From a bacterium (lineage in GTDB: Bacteria > RUG730), in NCBI GenBank assembly GCA_031551405.1, contig JAVBNQ010000007.1:1-64000 (forward strand): a stretch of DNA of 64,000 bases, given 5' to 3'. Shown piece after piece: positions 1-8,881 of the stretch. A program made the position numbers and the translations under genes. The notes beneath the pieces are model-generated. The model saw nothing but the letters and a program-made list of their open reading frames with translations, did not search any database and was not told where the DNA came from. The number at the start of each line of letters is the position of its first letter. Positions within the stretch are counted from its first letter, which is position 1.

Positions 1-406
1 TGAGTGATTAATACTTTTGTTGTTGTCGACGCTAAATCGTTTGTTATCTCTGATTTCGCTTTTTCGTTTTGTGCTTCAGTCTCGATAATCAAAAAAGCCG
101 AAGGCTTTCCATAAATTGTTTGTCTCACTTTTTGGCTCGGAAATATTTTTGAAAAATAAATTCCCAGTAAAATTGTATATCCTAAAATATACGCTTGATT
201 CAATTTTTCGAATATTTCCCCAATCTCAGACGTAAAAAAAAACTCATTTGAGCATTTATATTCGCATTATTTAGCTCAATTCCTCTTAAATCCACACCGA
301 TTTGCCCGGCTAAATGAATGCTTAACACTAAAGGGGCTAGAACTTTTCTGATCTTTAAATTAAAAAAATTTGTTCTGTTTGTTTGTGTGTTTTTCATTTT
401 ACGCAC
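1..406 (-). pseudogene. Probable 5' part of a gene running off the left edge, interrupted by a 1-nt frameshift at an A9 tract (234-242)
   Basis: The 68-aa ORF 200..406 has a basic N-terminus and a hydrophobic stretch. A second frame is stop-free from 242 down to base 1 (FFFTSEIGEIFEKLNQAYILGYTILLGIYFSKIF...LASTTTKVLIT). One extra T in the tract would fuse the two. Confidence 0.45.
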
Positions 407-528
407 CGGGAAATTTTTTGCCTGTATTTTTTTAATATATTAATTTTTCTTTCTTTTGCAAAACGAGTTTTTGGTGAATTTTTCGCAGTGAAGCCAAACT
501 GAGTATTAAGTGAGTTAAATTTCTATAA

Positions 529-556
529 TTGACATTTCCAATTTTTTTTATACAAT
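529..556 (+). promoter_or_regulatory. Sigma70-type promoter of the csoR-ATPase operon
   Basis: TTGACA (529-534), 16-nt spacer, TACAAT (551-556), upstream of the GTG start at 606. Confidence 0.65.
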
Positions 557-574
557 ATAGGGGTAAGGGCTATA
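556..574. promoter_or_regulatory. Putative CsoR-family operator
   Basis: TATAG-GGGTAAGGG-CTATA: G-tracts flanked by an AT-rich inverted repeat directly downstream of the -10 box, the known architecture of CsoR/RcnR operators. Confidence 0.55.
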
Positions 575-605
575 AATTAAAAAATATTGTAATGAGGTGA
601 AATAA

Positions 606-881
606 GTGAAAAAAACTAAATGTTCTGAGGCAGTATTTAATCGTTTGAGGAGAATAGAGGGCCAAGTGAGGGGGGTTATAAAAATGATTGAAAATGATAA
701 ACCTTGCGAGGAAATCCTCATCCAGATTGGTTCGATAAAATCTGCTTTGCATAAAGCCGGACAGGTTATACTTGAAAATCATCTCAACCATTGCGTTTTG
801 AAAGGAATTCAAGAAGGAAATGGAGAAGAAACCATAAAAAAATTATCGTCAGCATTAGAGCAGTTTTCAAGAATAGTTTAA
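606..881 (+). CDS. csoR: CsoR/RcnR-family metal-sensing transcriptional repressor
   Basis: RLRRIEGQVRG, PCEEILIQI and HLNHC (C-H-C metal site); 91 aa; directly upstream of a P1B-ATPase. Confidence 0.9.
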   Translation: MKKTKCSEAVFNRLRRIEGQVRGVIKMIENDKPCEEILIQIGSIKSALHKAGQVILENHLNHCVLKGIQEGNGEETIKKLSSALEQFSRIV

Positions 882-894
882 AAAAGAGGCACCT

Positions 895-2760
895 ATGTTA
901 AACAAAATAGTCGAGATATTTTCAACTTTCAAAATGACAGTTTTTGCCGGAATTTCGTTGGCTGTGAGTTTGGTATTTATGTTGGGAAAAATTCCAATTC
1001 CGGTTGATCCAGCTTGGATTTCTGTGATTGTTTGCGGATTTCCGATTGTTTTTGTGGCGGTTTATCGTCTGATTTTTTTGAGGAAAATTTCAACGCCGTT
1101 TTTGATTTCAACTGCTATGATAGCGTCCATTGCTATCGGTGAAATTTTCGCAGCCGGAGAAGTCGCGTTCATTATGGCAATCGGCGAACTTCTCGAGGAA
1201 AAAACTATCGATAGAGCCAAAAAAGGTATTTCGAGTCTGATAAAACTTGTTCCTAAAAAAGCTCGTAAAATTTTGGCTGATGAAGCTCGAGAAGAAATGT
1301 TGGAAATTGAATTGGTAAAATCCGGCGATATTTTGCGTGTTTTGCCCGGAGAAGCAATTCCGGTCGACGGAATAATTTTGGCTGGAAATACTTCTGTCGA
1401 TCAATCGATAATCAGTGGAGAATCTTTACCGATTGACAAAACTGTTGGAGACAGCGTTTTTTGCGGGACTATAAACAGGTTTGGTGTGATCGAAATCAAA
1501 ACTACGAAAATCGGCGAAGATTCGTCGTTGCAAAAACTGATTCGGCTAATTCAAGAAGCAGAAAGTAACAAAGCGCCGATGCAGCGAATTATTGACAAAT
1601 GGGCGAATTGGCTCGTACCAATCGCATTTTTTATTGCCGTAGCTGTTTATTTTTTGACTCTTGACGTAGTAAGAGGGGTGACGATTTTGGTGGTTTTTTG
1701 TCCATGTGCTCTCGTTCTCGCGACTCCGACTGCAATCATGGCTGCAATCGCTCAAGCCGCCAAACACGGCGTAATCATAAAATCCGGCGCCGCTCTTGAA
1801 AAAATGGGAAAAGTCGATTGTATTACGTTTGATAAAACCGGGACTTTGACGCAAGGAAAACTGACTGTGAGCGACGTGGTTTCGTTTATTCAAGAATTGT
1901 CGGAGGACGAATTATTGGAAATCGCGGCTTCTGCAGAATCGCACTCGGAGCATCCTCTAGGAAAAGCGATTGTTTCGTACGCGAAAAAGCAAGATCTAAA
2001 AATTCACGATATCAAAGATTTCAGAATGATTCCGGGAAAAGGAATTAGCGCTTACGTCTATGATAAATGTATTTTGGCCGGAACCAGCAAATATTTGATG
2101 GAAGAAGACGTTCAGATCGATGAAAAAATGTTGGAAATTTTGAACAAATTTTGCAGGCAAGGAAAAGGAATAATCTTGGTTTCAAGCGAAAATGTTTGCA
2201 TTGGAATAGTTGCGCTTTCTGATGCACTGCGAGATACCACAAAAACCGTGATTGAAAATTTGAAAAAGATGAAAGTTGAAGTTATTATTTTGACCGGGGA
2301 TCACGAGCAAACGGCAAAATATCTTGCAAATCAAATAGGAGTTGAAACTGTTTATGCGGATTTATTGCCGGCAAAAAAAGTTGAAATGATAGAAAAATTC
2401 AAGCAAGAAAACCTAATCGTTTGTATGGTTGGCGACGGAGTGAATGATGCGCCGGCTTTAAAAACTGCTGACGTTGGGATTGCGATGGGGGCAATGGGAA
2501 GCGATATTGCAATAGACGCGGCTGACATAGCTTTGATGGGCGACGATATTTCGAAGGTTCCTTATCTCAAACACCTGTCAAATTCAACTCTCAAAACGAT
2601 AAAATTTAATATTGCCATGTCAATGTGTATTAATTTTACAGGAATTACGTTATCTGTTCTTGGCATTTTGGGCCCGGTTACCGGCGCTTTTGTTCATAAT
2701 ATCGGTTCGATTTTGGTGGTTTTGAATGCTGCGAGGCTTTACGAGAGAAAATATTTATGA
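895..2760 (+). CDS. Heavy-metal-translocating P1B-type ATPase without an N-terminal metal-binding domain
   Basis: SGES, CPC, DKTGT, SEHP, GDGVNDAP and late-TM HNIGS motifs. Confidence 0.92.
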   Translation: MLNKIVEIFSTFKMTVFAGISLAVSLVFMLGKIPIPVDPAWISVIVCGFPIVFVAVYRLIFLRKISTPFLISTAMIASIAIGEIFAAGEVAFIMAIGELLEEKTIDRAKKGISSLIKLVPKKARKILADEAREEMLEIELVKSGDILRVLPGEAIPVDGIILAGNTSVDQSIISGESLPIDKTVGDSVFCGTINRFGVIEIKTTKIGEDSSLQKLIRLIQEAESNKAPMQRIIDKWANWLVPIAFFIAVAVYFLTLDVVRGVTILVVFCPCALVLATPTAIMAAIAQAAKHGVIIKSGAALEKMGKVDCITFDKTGTLTQGKLTVSDVVSFIQELSEDELLEIAASAESHSEHPLGKAIVSYAKKQDLKIHDIKDFRMIPGKGISAYVYDKCILAGTSKYLMEEDVQIDEKMLEILNKFCRQGKGIILVSSENVCIGIVALSDALRDTTKTVIENLKKMKVEVIILTGDHEQTAKYLANQIGVETVYADLLPAKKVEMIEKFKQENLIVCMVGDGVNDAPALKTADVGIAMGAMGSDIAIDAADIALMGDDISKVPYLKHLSNSTLKTIKFNIAMSMCINFTGITLSVLGILGPVTGAFVHNIGSILVVLNAARLYERKYL

Positions 2761-2780
2761 AAAGACTTCCGCTTTTTTGC

Positions 2781-3692
2781 TTATAACGTTTTTTGTTTTG
2801 GAACAAAAAAATTCAAACTTTTAGGCATAATCCCAACTTTTATTGGTAAATACCCGGCTGCTTCTCCGTCTACTTGAAAAACGATTTTGTTTTGGCTATT
2901 GCTTTGAATTGACGCAGTTTTTATTTTTTGGTAGATTACGCCGTCGTTTTTTAATTTTCGGCTATATTGTAGGCTTGCAAGATCTTTGAGGAGAGTCACG
3001 TTATTTTCTGCCGTAAAAACGCACATATCCAAAAATCCATCGTTCATTCTAGCCAACGGAAAAAGTTTGATATTCCCGCCGTAAAGACGACCGTTGCTAA
3101 TTATTACAGAGTGTACATTTTCAATCTTTTTGTCGTCATACTGCAAGTCCAATTGTCTAGGTTTAAAAGTCAAAAGATTTTTTACTCCGCTAAAAAGGTA
3201 TGTTGCTTTCCCGAGGATTTTTTTTACGTTCGCGTCTATTTCTTTTACTGCTATCGCGTCTAATCCGATACCAATCATCAGCAAAAAATAATTTTTGCCT
3301 TTTTTATGCTCGACAAATCCGACGTCGCATGCGTCAATTTTCCCGTTAATTAAAATATTGACAGCTTTATCAAGATTTTTTGTTAATTTTTTTTCTAAAT
3401 AAAAAACGTTTGCTGTTCCTCCCGGAATGAGCAAAATCGGAACTTTTACGTTATTTTCCAGCATATAAGTTGCGATTTTGTTGAGAGTTCCGTCACCTCC
3501 GACTACGATTATCGCATATTTTTGCTCGAGCTGATAAAGTACTTGCTCTCGTTCAGAATGATCGGGTTTCGTGTAGACGATCTCAGGCGTAAAACTGTTC
3601 TCGCTCAAAAGCCAAAGCAGACGTTTTATATCGAAAGTATCTGTGCTGACTTTCCCGGCTGCAGGATTAATTACTAATTTAACTGGCAACAT
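2781..3692 (-). CDS. Diacylglycerol/lipid kinase family protein (YegS/DgkB-like)
   Basis: NPAAG, GGDGT, PGGTAN, GIGLDA and QVDGE motifs. Confidence 0.88.
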   Translation of the reverse strand: MLPVKLVINPAAGKVSTDTFDIKRLLWLLSENSFTPEIVYTKPDHSEREQVLYQLEQKYAIIVVGGDGTLNKIATYMLENNVKVPILLIPGGTANVFYLEKKLTKNLDKAVNILINGKIDACDVGFVEHKKGKNYFLLMIGIGLDAIAVKEIDANVKKILGKATYLFSGVKNLLTFKPRQLDLQYDDKKIENVHSVIISNGRLYGGNIKLFPLARMNDGFLDMCVFTAENNVTLLKDLASLQYSRKLKNDGVIYQKIKTASIQSNSQNKIVFQVDGEAAGYLPIKVGIMPKSLNFFVPKQKTL

Positions 3693-3710
3693 AGAGGCTA
3701 GCCTCGAATT

Positions 3711-4430
3711 TTAAGGATTGCTTTTTAGAGCGTTGAGAGGATTTTCGGCAGGATTTGGAGAAGTCGTTACATTTGGATCATTCGGGTTTGTAATCTGAAT
3801 TTTTCCAGCTAAAGTCAAAAAATTGAGCCTAGCTTTTGCGAATTCGCCCCAGTCAGTGCTTACAAACATTCCGTTCATCAAGCGATAAATTTCTTCAGCT
3901 TTTTTGTAGTCGCCGAAAAGCTCGTGATTTCGAGCAATGCTTTTGTATGCGTTCATAATCAAATAATTATCGCTGTATTCGTCGATAACCTTTTGCCAAA
4001 CAGAAATCGCGTCCGAATATTTTCCCTGCATTTCAAGGCAATACGCTAGACTATCAATAAAATTTGGCGCTAAATAATGTTTTGGATAATTTTGCAGCAA
4101 ATCTCGAAAAACCGTCTCGCTCTCTACATATTTTTGCGTTTCATATAAAGAATTTGCTTTCATGAGTAAAACCAAAGGTCGAAGTTTGTTCTTTTTGCCT
4201 AAATTGCTCAATAAAACGTCACTTTCTTTTAGGCTATTCTCATAATGTTTTTGATAATAATTCGACTGAAGCATAGCGTAAGATTTCAAGTTTTGCTTAT
4301 CTTTTTTGTCAGTGTAATTTAACAAAAGCGGAACAAGCGCAATTAAAAATACGATTACTGCAAAAACAATGATTATTTGGTCTTTATTTTCTTTTGCCCA
4401 GTTTATTTTTTGTTCTAAATTTATAGACAT
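3711..4430 (-). CDS. Membrane-anchored TPR protein (YfgM-like)
   Basis: Single N-terminal TM helix, several TPR-like helical pairs, N/P-rich tail. Confidence 0.7.
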   Translation of the reverse strand: MSINLEQKINWAKENKDQIIIVFAVIVFLIALVPLLLNYTDKKDKQNLKSYAMLQSNYYQKHYENSLKESDVLLSNLGKKNKLRPLVLLMKANSLYETQKYVESETVFRDLLQNYPKHYLAPNFIDSLAYCLEMQGKYSDAISVWQKVIDEYSDNYLIMNAYKSIARNHELFGDYKKAEEIYRLMNGMFVSTDWGEFAKARLNFLTLAGKIQITNPNDPNVTTSPNPAENPLNALKSNP

Positions 4431-4457
4431 TTTTCCTCACTTTTTTATAATGCAAAT

Positions 4458-5405
4458 TTAGACAATACTGTATCGTCCAATTTTTCGCAATCTTTCGTAT
4501 CTTTTTTCTATCAATTCAAGAGGTTTGTATTTTTGAAGATTTTGTATGGTGGATAGTACAAAATTTTTTATAGTTTCGCTCATTTTAAGAGGATCGGAGT
4601 GAGCGGCTCCGAGCGGCTCTTTTAGGATTTTATCGATTATTCCGAGATCTTCTAGATCAGACGGAAATAATTTGAGGGCTTCGGCTGCTTTTGGAGCGAG
4701 CGCAGAATCTCGCCACAGAATCGACGCACAGCCTTCCGGAGAAATGACGGAATAAATCGTATACTCGAGCATAGCCAGGCAATCCGAAACTCCAATTGCC
4801 AGAGCGCCGCCGCTTCCGCCTTCGCCGGTTACAATCGAAATTATTGGAACCTCAAGAATTGCCATTTCTTTCAAATTGCGAGCTATCGCTTCTGCTTGGC
4901 CTCTTTCTTCAGCTCCCAAACCAGGATAAGCGCCCGACGTGTCGATGAATGTTAAAACAGGAAACTTGAATTTTTCTGCAAGTTTCATTACTCTCAAGGC
5001 TTTTCTGTAGCCTTCCGGGTTAGGCATTCCGAAATTTCGCAGAATATTTTCATCAACATTGCGTCCTTTTTGTTCCCCAATGATCACGATTTTTTGCCCG
5101 TCAATCTCAGCTATTCCTGATACAATTGACAAATCATCGCCAAATAATCGATCTCCGTGTAATTCGATGAAAGTCGACGATATGAGGTTGATGTAATCTA
5201 GAGCATACGGCCTTTGCGGGTGACGTGCCAGCAAAACTTTTTCCCAACTCCCGAGGCTACCGTAAATTTCTTTTGTGAGCTTGTTGCATTTCGTCTCTAG
5301 TTTTTTTAGGTCATTACTTAAATCAATGTTCGGATTTGTTTTTAGTTCTTCGATTTTTTGTTTTAGCTCATAAATTGGTTTTTCAAAATCAAGATAATTT
5401 TGCAT
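4458..5405 (-). CDS. accA: Acetyl-CoA carboxylase carboxyltransferase subunit alpha
   Basis: LDFEKPI, ARHPQRP, NFGMPNPEGYRKALR, GEGGSGGALA, YSVISPEGCASILW. Confidence 0.97.
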   Translation of the reverse strand: MQNYLDFEKPIYELKQKIEELKTNPNIDLSNDLKKLETKCNKLTKEIYGSLGSWEKVLLARHPQRPYALDYINLISSTFIELHGDRLFGDDLSIVSGIAEIDGQKIVIIGEQKGRNVDENILRNFGMPNPEGYRKALRVMKLAEKFKFPVLTFIDTSGAYPGLGAEERGQAEAIARNLKEMAILEVPIISIVTGEGGSGGALAIGVSDCLAMLEYTIYSVISPEGCASILWRDSALAPKAAEALKLFPSDLEDLGIIDKILKEPLGAAHSDPLKMSETIKNFVLSTIQNLQKYKPLELIEKRYERLRKIGRYSIV

Positions 5406-5504
5406 AAAAGGCTCCGTTTTTGAGATAACGTATATTTTACTGCGTCGATAATTTTTTAAATTAAGTATTATTATATACCAGAAAAAGCTTAATTAGTAAA
5501 CTTA

Positions 5505-5534
5505 AATCAACGTAATTTTGGTGTTATGTACTGA
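5505..5534 (-). other. dif/cer-like Xer recombination site candidate
   Basis: Minus strand reads TCAGTACATAA-CACCAAAA-TTACGTTGATT: two 11-bp arms resembling XerC and XerD boxes around an 8-bp spacer. Confidence 0.35.
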
Positions 5535-5563
5535 AAAAATTAAAGAAATATTTTAAGCTTTCA

Positions 5564-5718
5564 TTTTCCGGCAAAGCCTGCAGATTTCAAAAAACAAAAG
5601 TTTGATCAAATTTTTGGCAACGAAATAAAAATTTACAAAAATTTTAGAAAAATAAAGCTAAAAATTTCCGTTTTCCGGCAAAGCCTGCGGATTTTAAAAA
5701 ACAAAAGTTTGGACAAAT
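5564..5718 (+). repeat. Two ~48-bp direct repeats (5564-5611 and 5671-5718)
   Basis: TTTTCCGGCAAAGCCTGC(A/G)GATTT(C/T)AAAAAACAAAAGTTTG.. occurs twice with a 107-bp period; the first copy overlaps the near-palindrome CAAAAGTTTGATCAAATTTTTG (5595-5616). Confidence 0.85.
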
Positions 5719-5719
5719 C

Positions 5720-6385
5720 TTTATTTTCTTTTTTGGCATTGCCCAAAAAATAAACAAAAAAGGCTAGTCTGCTGTACCTCAGAGATAGGGGGGAAAATTT
5801 TCTAAAATCTAAATTTCTAAAACTCGCCACAAAAAATTGGGCTCAAACAGTTGAAAATTTCTTAACAGTTTTTCAAAAATTTTTCCACTTTCCTACATGA
5901 TGGGGTTTTGAAAAAATTACATCGGAATTTTTAGAGATAAAACCGAAACAAAAAAACAGAAGAAAACTACAAAAAAATCTCGTGAGAATGGGAAAATTAA
6001 ACAGAAATTTTAAAGAAAAATGTTTGAAGGAATTTAAAAGCTGAGAGAGAGGACTTTAGGAAGGGGCAGACGAATTGGCGGGGGTTAAATAAGAAAACCT
6101 TGCTCGCAACTGTATGAGCGAAACGGAGTGGAGCGAGTTTTGCGAGAAAAAGTCTAGGAAAAGCTCGAAAAACCTACGGCTTTGGAGTTGGTTTTTCGAA
6201 AGAAAAGAACGCCTCGCACGTGGAAAATGAAAATCTCATCGTGAGGACTAGAAGATAAAAAAGTTTTGTAAAAGCAAAAAAACGTGAACATTTTTTTGTA
6301 TTTTTGTGAAATTTTCACTCTCAAAACGCGTGGCCTTGAAACGGAAAAACAACATTTCCGAACAAACAAACGAAAATATAAATTC
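5720..6385 (+). repeat. Dispersed ~650-bp intergenic structured repeat element, copy 1
   Basis: 5827-5905 is identical (79 nt) to the reverse complement of 15301-15379; ~6095-6284 closely matches the reverse complement of ~14921-15110; multiple hairpins; outer boundaries approximate. Confidence 0.88.
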
Positions 6386-6394
6386 TCTAAATTT

Positions 6395-7096
6395 TTATCG
6401 TAATTTGATTTCTTTGCCAAAAATTTTTTCAATTTTATTTTTAAAAGTTTGCAAAGTCTTGGAATCATATGGCTTGATTTTTGCCAGATTTTTGTCAAAA
6501 ACAGCGTCGGAATAACGGAAGTTTTGCCAAATCCAGTTAGTATTTTTTATTTGAGAGGCAATATTTTCTAGATCTGAAAAATCAACGTAGTTTGGGCAAA
6601 TTGTCGTCCTGAATTCGTAGTCAATTTTCGAGTCTAAGATTAGTTTTATAGACTTTTTTATTTTACTTAAATCTATCGCTTTTAGCCCGCAAGCATTCGC
6701 GTATCTGGCTTCGATAAACGAACTTTTTATATCCATTGCAACATAATCTAGCAATTCTTCGTCTAATAACTTCTGCAAAACTAGAGGCTCAAACCCGTTT
6801 GTGTCTAGCTTTATAAGGAATTTTTCGTTTTTCAAGATTCTGATGAAATCGAATAAATCTTTTTGCAGAGTCGGTTCTCCACCTGAAATTACAACTCCGT
6901 CAATCCATTTTTTGTTTTTTATCAAATAATTTAGAATTTTGTCATCGGGAAAAACGTCTAGAGCATTATTTTCTGTGATTAAGTCGCTATTGTGGCAAAA
7001 TGGGCACCTGAAATTACATTTTTCTGTAAAAATCAGACTCGCGATTTTTCCGTCCCAGTCAAGAAAAGAATTTTTGATAAAGCCTTTTATTTTCAT
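6395..7096 (-). CDS. Radical SAM protein, anaerobic ribonucleoside-triphosphate reductase activating protein family (NrdG-like)
   Basis: CNFRCPFCHN (CxxxCxxC), ISGGEPTL, KLDTNG, DYVAMDIK, YEFRTT. Confidence 0.85.
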   Translation of the reverse strand: MKIKGFIKNSFLDWDGKIASLIFTEKCNFRCPFCHNSDLITENNALDVFPDDKILNYLIKNKKWIDGVVISGGEPTLQKDLFDFIRILKNEKFLIKLDTNGFEPLVLQKLLDEELLDYVAMDIKSSFIEARYANACGLKAIDLSKIKKSIKLILDSKIDYEFRTTICPNYVDFSDLENIASQIKNTNWIWQNFRYSDAVFDKNLAKIKPYDSKTLQTFKNKIEKIFGKEIKLR

Positions 7097-7135
7097 ATAG
7101 CACTCGAATTATTATTTTTATGATCGTTGTTCTCG

Positions 7136-7948
7136 TTATAATGCAACGCTGCCTTCAAAAACAACTGCTACCTTTCCTTCTAGATAAACGTTTTTCACTA
7201 CATTATTCTCAATCTCAAAATATATTGTCAGAACTTCGCCGCTTTTCGTATGAACTTTAACTGGACTTTTGAGTTGAAAAGTAAGCGCTGAAATCAAGGC
7301 TGAGGCTGTGGAGCCTGACCCGCACGATAAAGTCTCGCTTTCAACACCTCTCTCGTAAGTTCGGACAAAAATGTTATTGTTTTCAGTGATTTTCACGAAA
7401 TTCACATTTGTGCCTTTTGGAGCAAAATTTGGGTGATTTCTGACGAATCTGCCGAGTTTGTCCACGTCGATTGCTTCGAGTTCATTAGTAAAAATTACAG
7501 CATGTGGAACGCCGGTGTTGATGCTTGTTATTTCGAATTTCTTTGAATTTTCATATTCAATTTCTGATTTTACGAGAGAATGCGGCGTGATCATTTTTAA
7601 TTTTACGTTTTTTGCGTTCTCGTCGACTTCTGCGCTGATTTTGCCGGCCAAAGTCTCAAAACGCATATTTTTTCTCGCAATGCCTTTAAAAACTGCAAAA
7701 AAAGCGACGCATCTCGCGCCATTTCCGCACATTTCAGCTTCGCTTCCATCGGAATTTAGGATTCGCATTTTGAAGTCTGAAGTATTTGACGCTTCGATCA
7801 AAATAATTCCGTCAGCTCCGATTCCGATAATTCTGTTACAAAGTTTTTTGACGAGTTGGGCATTTTGTGCATCGAACAGATTTTGTCTGTTATCCAAAAT
7901 TATAAAATCATTTCCGCTTCCGACTAATTTTGTAAATTCTATTCTCAT
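7136..7948 (-). CDS. dapF: Diaminopimelate epimerase
   Basis: GSGNDF, GIGADG, EMCGNG, NTGVPH, ERGV..ETLSCGSG. Confidence 0.96.
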   Translation of the reverse strand: MRIEFTKLVGSGNDFIILDNRQNLFDAQNAQLVKKLCNRIIGIGADGIILIEASNTSDFKMRILNSDGSEAEMCGNGARCVAFFAVFKGIARKNMRFETLAGKISAEVDENAKNVKLKMITPHSLVKSEIEYENSKKFEITSINTGVPHAVIFTNELEAIDVDKLGRFVRNHPNFAPKGTNVNFVKITENNNIFVRTYERGVESETLSCGSGSTASALISALTFQLKSPVKVHTKSGEVLTIYFEIENNVVKNVYLEGKVAVVFEGSVAL

Positions 7949-7975
7949 AAAATCCTCATTTATTTTTAATTAATT

Positions 7976-8797
7976 TTATTTCCAGGCGAGCAAGTGGCCG
8001 ATTTTTTTCAAGTGCAAACGACGGTTCTTGTAATCCGGCAAAACCTCTGCGACAGTGTTCCAGAAATTTTGAGAGTGATTTAAGTGTAGCAAATGTGACA
8101 GCTCGTGAACAACTAAATAATCAACGAGTTCGAGTGGAGCCATAATTATGCGCCAATTAAAATTTAAGTTTTTTTTAAAATTACACGAACCCCATCGAGT
8201 CTTTTGGTCTTTAATTTTGATTAGGTTTGGTTCGACATTCAGTATTTTTTTGTAGTATTCAATTCGATTAAAAATTATCTCGCCAGCTTTTTGTTTGTAC
8301 CAATTTTTTAAAATTTCCTCGGATTTTTCGTGGGTTGCGTACAAAAAAAATTTGTTTTCAGATAATTTTACGTCGTCAAATAACTGGGTTTCGATAATTT
8401 CCAAGCTATATTTTTGTCCTAAAAACAAAAATTCTTCGTCGTTTACGAATTTTTTTTCAACTGTTTTTTTGTTTTTTAATTCAGCGCTTTTTCTAGAAAT
8501 CCAAGCAGCTTTTTGCTCGACAAGCTTTACAACTTCAGAATTTTTCAAAAAAGTTGGCGCTAAAATTTTTATGCAGCCGGAGCTATCAATTTTTATAGTA
8601 AAAGTTTTGCGTTTTTTATATATTAATTCAAACTCAAATTTTTTCCCATCAATAAAAAAATGTAAATTTTGGGAGGTTTGGGTTCTATTATTTTTTGATT
8701 TTTTTTTAAAATTTATAAACATTTTAGTTGAAAAATAGGATAGATTTTTTAATTTTTTTGTTTTTTTCTTCGATTCCAGTTGTAATAATGTTTTCAA
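7976..8797 (-). CDS. YgjP/DUF45-type (M48-like) zinc metalloprotein; true start may be the ATG at 8722
   Basis: KTRWGSC, LNFNWR, YLVVHELSH (HExxH), NHSQNFW. Confidence 0.85.
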   Translation of the reverse strand: MKTLLQLESKKKTKKLKNLSYFSTKMFINFKKKSKNNRTQTSQNLHFFIDGKKFEFELIYKKRKTFTIKIDSSGCIKILAPTFLKNSEVVKLVEQKAAWISRKSAELKNKKTVEKKFVNDEEFLFLGQKYSLEIIETQLFDDVKLSENKFFLYATHEKSEEILKNWYKQKAGEIIFNRIEYYKKILNVEPNLIKIKDQKTRWGSCNFKKNLNFNWRIIMAPLELVDYLVVHELSHLLHLNHSQNFWNTVAEVLPDYKNRRLHLKKIGHLLAWK

Positions 8798-8836
8798 AAT
8801 TTTAAAACGAGATTTAACAAGTTTTTATATGAAACC

Positions 8837-8864
8837 GTAACATTTTATAAAAAAGTTTGTCAAA
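8837..8864 (+). promoter_or_regulatory. Putative ECF-sigma autoregulatory promoter
   Basis: GTAAC-N17-GTCAAA just upstream of the ECF sigma gene; resembles the AAC / GTC-type ECF consensus. Confidence 0.45.
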
Positions 8865-8881
8865 ATGTCAAAAGGAATAAA

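Noticed and set aside
5417-5446. GAGATAA-CGTATA-TTTTAC resembling the centre of a dif site
   Set aside because: The right arm does not resemble the XerD box TTATGTTAAAT
5564-5720. GGCAAAGCC resembling part of a c-di-GMP-I (GEMM) riboswitch
   Set aside because: The GGCAAAC-stem-GAAA-stem-GACGCAAAG P2 architecture is absent, and the motif is on the strand opposite to accA
5564-6385. Possible CRISPR array or integron attC array
   Set aside because: Only two direct repeats with no regular repeat-spacer series; no cas or intI gene; no RYYYAAC/GTTRRRY cassette boundaries
5633-6515. Short ORFs 5633..5830, 6154..6498 and 6306..6515 (and 14986..15171)
   Set aside because: They lie in or overlap the non-coding repeat, frames and lengths differ between the two copies, and they have no recognisable motifs
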